Source: an uncultured Burkholderiales bacterium (GTDB lineage Bacteria > Pseudomonadota > Gammaproteobacteria > Burkholderiales > Eutrophovitaceae). From it: DNA of 64,000 bases. The notes below the pieces were generated by a model. It had not been told where the DNA came from. It did not search any database and worked only from the letters and a program-made list of their open reading frames with translations. The stretch is taken from the NCBI GenBank assembly GCA_963925895.1, contig CAWUVH010000007.1, positions 7,957-71,956 of the forward strand, in the 5' to 3' direction. Below, in pieces: positions 28,350-35,933 of this stretch. Every line of letters begins with the position of its first letter. Positions within the stretch are counted from its first letter, which is position 1. A program made the translations under genes and the position numbers.

Positions 28350-29888
28350 ATGAATATTGCACAGATTCTGCTAAAAGCGTATCAATTACATCCTGATCGA
28401 TCTGCGATATCGGTCGGGACGGATACGTTATATACCTATCGTTTGTTCTATGAGCGGGTTCGTTACCTGGCAACCTCCATGAGGGAAGAGTTATACCTTC
28501 AGCCCGGTGATCGGATTGCTATCGCGATGCCAAATCACCCTGAATATCTCGTCATTCGATATGCAGCTTGGTACGCTGGCTTATCAGTTGTGCCAATCAA
28601 CTCAAAGCTCCACGCTTTAGAAATCAGCTTTATGTTGGAACACTCTGGGTCGACCGTATGTTTTGTGTTTAAGAGCTTCTCGGGAGAGTCTTTTTCGGGG
28701 TCATCGCATTCTGCAATTGTCTCTCGTGTGATTGATGTGGGTTCTGATGAATATCGTGCATTGACGAATGCGCGCCAAGCGATTGATATGGAAGCCAGGC
28801 AACCTGATGATCTTGCCTGGTTGTTTTATACCAGCGGAACGACTGGTAAGCCCAAGGGGGTGATGATCTCGCACCACAATATGCTCATGGGGGGGGTGAG
28901 TTACTTGGTGGACGTTGATGATGTACGTGCTTCAGATAGCATTATCCATGCGGCCCCGCTATCCCATGGCTCTGGTTTTTATGATTTGCCTCATGTGATG
29001 AGGTGTGCCAACCAAATCATACCTCGCAGTGGGCAATTTGATCCGAATGAGGTCTTGGATTTAATACAAGGATGGAACGGCGTATCTATGTTCTTGGCGC
29101 CCACGATGGTCAAGAGACTTGTGCAAACTCAAGAGGTTTCTGAATATTCAATGAAAGGATTAAAGACAATTGTATACGGTGGAGGACCCATGTATGTCCA
29201 AGATATTAAGCGAGCGCTGGATATTTTAGGTCCCCGGTTTGTTCAGATCTATGGGCAAGGTGAATCACCTATGACGATCACCGTCTTGTCTAAAGCAGCA
29301 ATCAATGACTCATCACATGAAAGATATGATGAGCGTCTCGCTTCAGTGGGTGTTGCCCAAAGCGTTATGTCGGTAAGTATTCTTAGTGATCGTGGGTCTC
29401 CGGCGCCTGTGGGTCAAATGGGTGAAATTATTGTAAAGGGCGCAGTTGTTGCTTCTGGATATTGGAATGACGAGGAGGCGACTCAAGCCACATGGAAAGA
29501 TGGCTGGTTACACACGGGAGACATTGGTTTTTTTGATGGTGACGGATTTTTGACTTTGATCGACCGATCGAAAGATTTAATTATAAGTGGCGGCTCCAAT
29601 ATTTATCCTCGTGAGATCGAAGAGGTTTTGTTAACTCATCAATCAGTTAGTGAGGTGGCTGTCGTTGGTGAGTTCAGCGAGGAATGGGGTGAGAGCGTTG
29701 TGGCTTTTGTGGTTCTATTGCCTGGTGCTTCTGCGGATGAGCAGGCTTTGGATGAGTTTTGTCTTGATAGAGTCGCTCGATTTAAGCGTCCCAAAAATTA
29801 TCGGTTTATTGATTCTTTGCCTAAAAATAATTATGGTAAAGTGCTTAAAAAAGATCTACGTCAATTGCTGATGCCGAAACGAAATTAG
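28350..29888 (+). CDS. AMP-dependent acyl-CoA synthetase/ligase
   Basis: FYTSGTTGKPKG, YGQGESP, and GD.G..D..G...L.DRSKDLIISGG. ATG 28350 is preferred over TTG 28335. Confidence 0.85.
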   Translation: MNIAQILLKAYQLHPDRSAISVGTDTLYTYRLFYERVRYLATSMREELYLQPGDRIAIAMPNHPEYLVIRYAAWYAGLSVVPINSKLHALEISFMLEHSGSTVCFVFKSFSGESFSGSSHSAIVSRVIDVGSDEYRALTNARQAIDMEARQPDDLAWLFYTSGTTGKPKGVMISHHNMLMGGVSYLVDVDDVRASDSIIHAAPLSHGSGFYDLPHVMRCANQIIPRSGQFDPNEVLDLIQGWNGVSMFLAPTMVKRLVQTQEVSEYSMKGLKTIVYGGGPMYVQDIKRALDILGPRFVQIYGQGESPMTITVLSKAAINDSSHERYDERLASVGVAQSVMSVSILSDRGSPAPVGQMGEIIVKGAVVASGYWNDEEATQATWKDGWLHTGDIGFFDGDGFLTLIDRSKDLIISGGSNIYPREIEEVLLTHQSVSEVAVVGEFSEEWGESVVAFVVLLPGASADEQALDEFCLDRVARFKRPKNYRFIDSLPKNNYGKVLKKDLRQLLMPKRN

Positions 29889-30508
29889 CTTAGTTTCCTA
29901 GCCGAACCTTTGTACAAGTGTCCGACAAGTTTGGGTGCTTGCTTAGCGTATATTGCTTGGTGATCAAACAGTTCAAAGCCGTTGCTGGCGATCAGATCAA
30001 AAATATCTCGTGTGAGGTGACATCCTCCGGCTAAAGGCTTCCATATCGGCTCTATTAGGTGCTGCCATTTCTTGAGATGCGGACTGTCACTGATGCCATG
30101 TTCGCAAAAGTGCAGCACACCATTTGATCTCAGTGTTCGTTTGATTTCTCTAATTGCCTTTTCTGGATTAGGAATAGTGCACAGAGAGAAAGTAACAATT
30201 GCTGAATCAAATTGCTGATCAAGAAATGGAAGTTGCTCAGAAATTCCACCAATTAGGTTTATCTTATATTTTTTCTTGGGATGGCTACGCTGGGCTATTT
30301 TGAGTAGTGATTCGTTGGGGTCGATTCCTGTAATTTCTGTGATTTGATCCAGCTTGTAGAAATCGAGATTCAGAGAGGAGCCAATACCTATTTCAAGAAC
30401 CTTTCCTCTCGCTCGGCTAACAATATCTTCTCGATGCCTTTTCAGTAAAGACAGTCCGCATGCGCAGTTAAGTATCGGAGGAAGGATGTGTTTTTCGTAA
30501 AAATTCAT
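29885..30508 (-). CDS. Class I SAM-dependent methyltransferase
   Basis: Motif I VLEIGIGSS and Methyltransf_11-like length. Its 3' end overlaps the convergent ligase gene by 4 nt. Confidence 0.7.
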   Translation of the reverse strand: MNFYEKHILPPILNCACGLSLLKRHREDIVSRARGKVLEIGIGSSLNLDFYKLDQITEITGIDPNESLLKIAQRSHPKKKYKINLIGGISEQLPFLDQQFDSAIVTFSLCTIPNPEKAIREIKRTLRSNGVLHFCEHGISDSPHLKKWQHLIEPIWKPLAGGCHLTRDIFDLIASNGFELFDHQAIYAKQAPKLVGHLYKGSARKLS

Positions 30509-30697
30509 CAGTTTTTATAAGTAAGTTACCAATAGGTTGCATTATTGGAGCAGGCTAATTGCCGGTAGTACAGAAAATTCGGACTATCAGTATGCCCACT
30601 CTGAGTTGCATTTGAAGTTAGAATAAGCCCTCGCGGACGGAATTGAGCTTTTTTTCGAAGTCGATTCCGAGCACCGTTACATTTAAAAGGGGTTTTA

Positions 30698-30946
30698 ATG
30701 GCGAAGGAAGAATTAATTGAAATGGACGGCACTGTGCAAGAGGTGTTGCCCAATACGACCTTTAGGGTTGAGCTTGAAAACGGCATTGCGGTCATTGCTT
30801 ATGCCTCTGGGAAAATGCGTAAAAATAGAATTCGAATCACTGCGGGTGACCGAGTTTCGGTTGAGATCTCTCCTTATGATTTAACCAAGGCGCGTATTAA
30901 CTTCCGACATCGAGAGGATAGACCTTCGGCGCCTCCCGGAAGGTAA
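30698..30946 (+). CDS. infA: Translation initiation factor IF-1 (paralogue type with C-terminal extension)
   Basis: [29 protein letters not shown]...[21 protein letters not shown]. An extra [11 protein letters not shown] tail follows the S1-like domain. Confidence 0.9.
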   Translation: MAKEELIEMDGTVQEVLPNTTFRVELENGIAVIAYASGKMRKNRIRITAGDRVSVEISPYDLTKARINFRHREDRPSAPPGR

Positions 30947-31040
30947 CTGCCGTTAAAAGCATTAATTGAAATTTTCCAGAAACCTGACGGAATCTTTACC
31001 CAGGTGAAGACTTTAGTCTACGATTGAATGAGGTAGTGTT

Positions 31041-32237
31041 ATGCCAGGCCCTCTTGACGGCGTCAAAATTCTAGATCTAACGTCTGTAGTCATGGGTCCT
31101 TTTGCGACCCAAATACTGGCGGAGTTAGGCGCGGAGGTGGTTAAGGTTGAGTCCTTCTCAGGTGATAATATGAGGGACGTTGGGCCTATGGCAAATCCTC
31201 ATATGGGGCATTTGCACTTACATTTAAATCGTGGGAAAAAGGGTATTGCTGTTGATTTGAAACATCCCTCTGGGATTGACGTCATTAAAAAGTTAATTCT
31301 GCGCAGTGACGTTTTAATTTACAACGTGAGACCAAATGCTATGGAGCGATTGGGTTTGGCTTACGATGATGTGAGTGCGCTGAACCCAAATATTATCTAC
31401 GTTGGTGCTTATGGGTACTCAGAAAATGGCCCTCGAGCGGGTCGGGCGGCTTACGATGACCTGATCCAAGGTAGCACTGGTGTGCCTTGGCTTGTTTCGA
31501 AGGAAGGTCGGGAAACACCTCGTTATGTGCCTCTTAATTTTGCAGACCGTGTGACTGGATTGCATGCTGTTTATGCCGTAACAGCAGCCTTATATCAGCG
31601 GGAGAAGTCGGGTCGAGGTCAATCGGTAGAGGTTCCTATGTTTGAGTCGATATCACACTTCGTGTTAGGGGACCACATGGCTGGCCTGAGTTTTCAACCT
31701 CCGATTGGACCTTCGGGCTATGAACGGCTAAAACACCGACGCGTTTATGAGACGAAAAATGGTTTTATTTGCGCCTTAGTTTATAACGAAGCGCAATGGA
31801 CTAGATTTTGGGCCGCCATGAATCGACCTGAAATGATGAATGATCCAAAGTTTATAACGCATTCTGCTCGAGCCACAAATATTGGTGAGATATATGATCT
31901 TCTATCAGAGATGATTAAAAATGAGGATACGGACTATTGGATGTCATTTTTTCAGGACGTTGATGTCCCTGTGGCTAAAATGAATACGGTAGACGACTTG
32001 TTGTCGGATGAGCATCTCCTAGAGACAGGGTTCTTCATCAATGAAGAACACCCAACTGAAGGCAGTTTGTACGCGACAAAGACGCCCAGCAATTGGTCTC
32101 ATTCGTCACCAGAGAGAGTCACTCCGGCGCCAACCTTGGGTCAACATACGCGAGAGGTGTTGAGCGAGCTCGCGTACAGTGAGGACCAAATTAATGACTT
32201 AATCCGGGCTGGCGCGGTTTCAGACGGATCATCCTGA
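31041..32237 (+). CDS. Family III CoA-transferase (CaiB/BaiF)
   Basis: N-terminus LDGVKILDLTSVVMGPFATQILAELGAEVVKVE is diagnostic for the family; 398 aa. Confidence 0.85.
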   Translation: MPGPLDGVKILDLTSVVMGPFATQILAELGAEVVKVESFSGDNMRDVGPMANPHMGHLHLHLNRGKKGIAVDLKHPSGIDVIKKLILRSDVLIYNVRPNAMERLGLAYDDVSALNPNIIYVGAYGYSENGPRAGRAAYDDLIQGSTGVPWLVSKEGRETPRYVPLNFADRVTGLHAVYAVTAALYQREKSGRGQSVEVPMFESISHFVLGDHMAGLSFQPPIGPSGYERLKHRRVYETKNGFICALVYNEAQWTRFWAAMNRPEMMNDPKFITHSARATNIGEIYDLLSEMIKNEDTDYWMSFFQDVDVPVAKMNTVDDLLSDEHLLETGFFINEEHPTEGSLYATKTPSNWSHSSPERVTPAPTLGQHTREVLSELAYSEDQINDLIRAGAVSDGSS

Positions 32238-32245
32238 CACTTTCT

Positions 32246-32641
32246 TTAGGATAGTTTAAACCCACCACCAGGGCCTCCGCCTGGATTTCCTCCTGGTATA
32301 CTCCCAGGCAAAACGATCGATGAAGCTTGTTCTCGTCGCATTTCTTGGAGCTCCTTAATTGCTTTTTCTACAGCAACTTTTCCAGCGTCACCATATTTTT
32401 CGACAGCTTCTGCTAATGACTTCGCTTCTATTTGAAATGCAATAGGAAGCGCCCCCATCGGCGTCATGATTTGGGTCTCTCCAGCATAAATCGTTTGTCG
32501 CTCAGGATCATCATCTCCGTTCGTGGTAATTGGATTTGATATGCGTATTGTGCCTACTTGCCGATCTGTGACGGTTTCTTCTCGGAACAAATTTGCTTGG
32601 TCCATGGCCAGCTCGTCAATTGATCTTTGTTCGTTAGCCAT
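32246..32641 (-). CDS. Hypothetical cytoplasmic protein with Gly/Pro-rich C-terminus
   Basis: AAGGAG RBS 7 nt upstream of the ATG. The 131-aa product ends PGSIPGGNPGGGPGGGFKLS. I recognise no family. Confidence 0.6.
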   Translation of the reverse strand: MANEQRSIDELAMDQANLFREETVTDRQVGTIRISNPITTNGDDDPERQTIYAGETQIMTPMGALPIAFQIEAKSLAEAVEKYGDAGKVAVEKAIKELQEMRREQASSIVLPGSIPGGNPGGGPGGGFKLS

Positions 32642-32783
32642 TAAATTACTCCTTGCAATAGTGGTTAAATTTTTCTATCAGCCATAAGGATATCAAAGGT
32701 TGGTAAGTTCGACAAAATACAACTTGGGTATCGAATGTTGGAGGGCTGAGTCTCGGGTGTGTGCACTGCATTTTATTAATAAT

Positions 32784-32811
32784 TTGACAGGTTCGTAAAA
32801 AGTGTTACATT
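32784..32811 (+). promoter_or_regulatory. Near-consensus sigma70 promoter with extended -10 and upstream AT-rich tract
   Basis: TTGACA (32784-32789), a 16-nt spacer ending in TGt, then TACATT (32806-32811). It is preceded by attttattaataa. The first downstream ORF start is about 350 nt away. Confidence 0.55.
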
Positions 32812-33168
32812 AATCAATACGAAGTAGAGCAAAGAACCACTTTGGGCTTAAATTCCGAGTCAGGCCCCTCAAAAAGTGATGGAGATTAGTGCTTATAGCG
32901 AGCTCGCTGCGTGACCAAAAAGCCCTCGGGATTACAGAAGACTTGGCAAAGATTTTTCCAGTCGTTCTTAAAATTTAAAAATGAATGAGCTAGGACGGAT
33001 TGTAACCGTAGAGCGGGGTATCAGTTATCAATGGGCTGCGATCGATTATTCAGTACCTCAGCTAGTTAAAGATTTTAAAAAATTTGTATGTTTGTTCATT
33101 GAACGTGGCAGCCCCTAATGTTAGGGACGCTCATGTTCTCCCCAATGTTCCTGTCAGTCGAGGTTTAG

Positions 33169-33924
33169 GTGTCAAGAAACAGCAGAGATTTTCGCTTCAA
33201 GAAAAAAAGTCCCCCTTCTGGGCAATCTGGAATTTCCGGACTCCAAAGTGGCCGATTGAAGATAGTATCGAATGCGCAAACCGGCATTAGTCGTGGTGTG
33301 CTTGATGCTGCGATTGAATTGGGTGCGGAATGCGGCGGAGCGTGTGCCGAGGGTCGAATGGCGGAGGATGGGTTCATCCCTGATAATTATCCGGTGGCCG
33401 AGTTGGTGGGAGAAGACACCAGTGAGAGCATTCGACAAAATGTTAAACAGAGTGACGGGACAGCGATTATTTATTTTCGCGATATTGAAGATGAACCCGA
33501 AGAGGCACTCGATTATTGTGTTCAACTTGGGAAACCATATCGCTTGATAGACGGTGGAGATCTCCAGTCAGGGCAAGCTGCGAAAGTTATTGCTGACTTC
33601 ATTAAAGACAAAGGCTTGATGACGCTTCATATTGTTGGCCCTAAGGCAAGTGCGTCTGATCGTGCTCATCGTTTCGGATATGAAGCGGTAGGTGCACTTC
33701 TTGGTCTGGGTCCAAAGCCGCGTAATCCATCGAGACCGCAAATGAGAAAGACAGGAGATGCTGGTTCGGGTGGTGATGGATCTTCGCGGGCTCCTTCGGG
33801 TGAGCAAGGTGGAAACGTAAGTGGAAAACCGAGTGAATCAAGGCCGTCTGGACAAAGGAGAAGGCGTGGGACAGGAAGACGGTCACCCCGAAAGCCTGCT
33901 GAATCCCAGCCGGATTTGACGTAA
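33169..33924 (+). CDS. SLOG-superfamily protein ('putative molybdenum carrier' family) with Arg/Gly/Ser-rich disordered tail
   Basis: Core is KIVSNAQTGISRGVLDAAIELGAECGGACAEGRMAEDG..P..YP..E......R...NV..SDGTAII. GTG start 5 nt after a GAGG RBS. A TTG at 33257 would give a shorter form. Confidence 0.6.
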   Translation: MSRNSRDFRFKKKSPPSGQSGISGLQSGRLKIVSNAQTGISRGVLDAAIELGAECGGACAEGRMAEDGFIPDNYPVAELVGEDTSESIRQNVKQSDGTAIIYFRDIEDEPEEALDYCVQLGKPYRLIDGGDLQSGQAAKVIADFIKDKGLMTLHIVGPKASASDRAHRFGYEAVGALLGLGPKPRNPSRPQMRKTGDAGSGGDGSSRAPSGEQGGNVSGKPSESRPSGQRRRRGTGRRSPRKPAESQPDLT

Positions 33925-33953
33925 CAACGTATTGAATTCGTTTTATCCCCAGC

Positions 33954-34310
33954 ATGACTAAGACTGGATTAAAAACGTTGGTTCTAGAGCTGAGAAAGTT
34001 CGCAAAGGATCGTGATTGGGAGCAGTTCCATAGTCCTAAGAATCTATCAATGGCATTGTCGGCCGAGGCAGGTGAGTTGCTGGAACATTTTCAGTGGCTC
34101 AGCGAGCCGGAATCCTCCCGACTCGATGAGTCCAAAAAGTTGGACGTATCTTTTGAGATGGCCGATATACTTTTATATCTAGTTCGATTGGCAGATGTGC
34201 TCGAGATTGACCTGATAGATGCTAGCCTTAAAAAAATATCGCTTAATCAAAAAAAATACCCTATAGCTTTGAGTAAGGGGACTAATAAAAAGTATACCGA
34301 GCTCAAGTGA
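33954..34310 (+). CDS. MazG-like nucleoside triphosphate pyrophosphohydrolase (single-domain, DCTPP1/YpjD type)
   Basis: RDWEQFHSPKNL..AL..EAGELLEHFQW and EMADILLYLVRLA...IDL...KI.LN.KKYP. Confidence 0.75.
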   Translation: MTKTGLKTLVLELRKFAKDRDWEQFHSPKNLSMALSAEAGELLEHFQWLSEPESSRLDESKKLDVSFEMADILLYLVRLADVLEIDLIDASLKKISLNQKKYPIALSKGTNKKYTELK

Positions 34311-34332
34311 GTTCAAGGCAGCCTATCTAGAT

Positions 34333-35169
34333 ATGTTCGCGTACAGACATTATTTTCATGCGGGTAACTTTGCTGATGTCTTTAAGCACGCCTTGCTGTC
34401 GCAATTAATCATCAGTTTTCAAAAAAAAGAGCGACCTATCGTATATGTGGATACACATGCAGGTTTGGGACGTTACGATTTGATGCACCCATGGGCAGAT
34501 AAAAACAAAGAGTTTAACCAGGGAGCGAGTCAAGTTTTTGACTCTGTTGATTACCCTACAGCTATGGAGCCTTATCTAAGAATACTTAATCTCAATAATG
34601 AGAATAGATTGCTCAGATGGTATCCAGGGTCTCCGGTTATTGCCCGTAGCTTATTGCGGCCGAAAGACCGTTTGGTCCTTAATGAATTCAATGTTTCAGA
34701 TGCAGAGCAATTGAGAGGGGTAGTCCGAGGATGGCCTAGAACTTCGGTTCGCAGTGAGGATGGGTTTTCTCTGACCAATTCCGTACTGCCGCCTGATGAG
34801 CGTCGAGGTCTGATCTTTATGGATCCTTCCTATGATCGTCCTGCAGAGTTTGATCGTGTTGCATCCTCTTTAGAACTTGGGCTAAAAAAGTTTTCAACCG
34901 GAGTCTTTGCAATTTGGTATCCCGTGATGAACGACGAAGTTACATTTCAGTTAATTCGAAAACTTAAGATGTGTGGGAATAAATTGATACTTCGAGCAGA
35001 GATTTGTCTGTCAAAAACTAAGTTTCCAGGCCTCATGAATGCATGTGGGGTTCTGATAGTTAATCCCCCTTACCAATTTGAAGTGCTTGTGGATGTGATT
35101 GGAGACTGGTTATTGTCAAGATTAGATTCGTCAGGAGAGGGCCGATTAATAAACCAATTAATTGATTGA
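34333..35169 (+). CDS. rlmJ: 23S rRNA (adenine2030-N6)-methyltransferase
   Basis: Collinear with E. coli RlmJ as remembered: YRHYFHAGNFADVFKH, DTHAG.GRY, YPGSP.IA, DPSY, WYPV and VNPPY. Confidence 0.85.
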   Translation: MFAYRHYFHAGNFADVFKHALLSQLIISFQKKERPIVYVDTHAGLGRYDLMHPWADKNKEFNQGASQVFDSVDYPTAMEPYLRILNLNNENRLLRWYPGSPVIARSLLRPKDRLVLNEFNVSDAEQLRGVVRGWPRTSVRSEDGFSLTNSVLPPDERRGLIFMDPSYDRPAEFDRVASSLELGLKKFSTGVFAIWYPVMNDEVTFQLIRKLKMCGNKLILRAEICLSKTKFPGLMNACGVLIVNPPYQFEVLVDVIGDWLLSRLDSSGEGRLINQLID

Positions 35170-35887
35170 GCGCGTGAGTATGAGGGCGTGCGCAAATATT
35201 TCTTCGTTAGTGCTCAAGCCTGGTGAGTGTTTAGCTATTCAGGATACTATTCAAGAGTATCTTTCTCGAACGGATTTTGTGTCTAGTTCTAACCTTAGAA
35301 CTAGATACTATGAAGCAACAGGCGCTCAAAATTCGGCAGATAGGGGAGCTGGGTTAGGCTCCGTTTTTCACCGATTGATGCTAGAAGAATCTGAGGATTT
35401 TGAGCTTGATCTGCCAACACTTAGAGGCGATTGGTTAGCTGGCGCTAAAAGACCTTCAGGTTATTGCTTAGGTCAATCTGACTTACATCGCATTAACGGA
35501 GCTCGAGAGAAACTTAATCATTGGTCCGAACATTTGTTTTCTAAATGGGTCAAGTCTGGGCAAGCGGAGACCTCAATCTATTGGAAAGACGAGTTATGTT
35601 GCCAGTGGCGCGCAAGACCGGACCTTGTTACTCAGGATCTTGTTGTCGATTTGAAAACATTTTCCGGAAAGAACCAAAAACGATTTCTTAAAAGTCGTGA
35701 TCGTAATGGCTATCTTATTCAGGCTGGACTGTACTTAGAGGCTCTTAGGCGTTTAAACGACAGGCCGATTGGGTTTGCTTTTTTGTGTATTGATTTGACT
35801 CCACCGTTTCATATCCGATTAGATGTTTTAGACAAGGCGCAGATCGTTTTGGCTCAGAATTTGATTTGCCAATTGAAAAACCAGTAA
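35162..35887 (+). CDS. PD-(D/E)XK nuclease, RecE/DUF3799-like
   Basis: Core is E.SIYW...RARPDLV...LVVDLKT...YLIQAGLY, which gives the D, (D/E)xK and QxxxY motifs. Start is uncertain: TTG 35162, GTG 35174 or ATG 35180. Confidence 0.6.
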   Translation: MIERVSMRACANISSLVLKPGECLAIQDTIQEYLSRTDFVSSSNLRTRYYEATGAQNSADRGAGLGSVFHRLMLEESEDFELDLPTLRGDWLAGAKRPSGYCLGQSDLHRINGAREKLNHWSEHLFSKWVKSGQAETSIYWKDELCCQWRARPDLVTQDLVVDLKTFSGKNQKRFLKSRDRNGYLIQAGLYLEALRRLNDRPIGFAFLCIDLTPPFHIRLDVLDKAQIVLAQNLICQLKNQ

Positions 35888-35933
35888 CTAGCAGGGGTGA
35901 TGTGGGGGCAGGTTAGTTAATGAGTCGTCTGGG

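Noticed and set aside
32981-33118. 45-codon ORF (MNELGRIVTVERGISYQWAAIDYSVPQLVKDFKKFVCLFIERGSP) inside the long intergenic gap
   Set aside because: No Shine-Dalgarno sequence lies upstream (ttaaaatttaaaaATG), there is no recognisable motif, and the composition is unremarkable. It is more likely part of a non-coding leader. It would need conservation or Ribo-seq evidence.
34333-35887. RlmJ-like methyltransferase plus PD-(D/E)XK nuclease read as a type II restriction-modification pair
   Set aside because: The methyltransferase is collinear over its whole length with the housekeeping rRNA enzyme RlmJ (YRHxFHAGN, DPSY, NPPY blocks). The nuclease resembles RecE/DUF3799 recombination-type exonucleases rather than restriction endonucleases. 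No specificity or target-recognition domain is evident.
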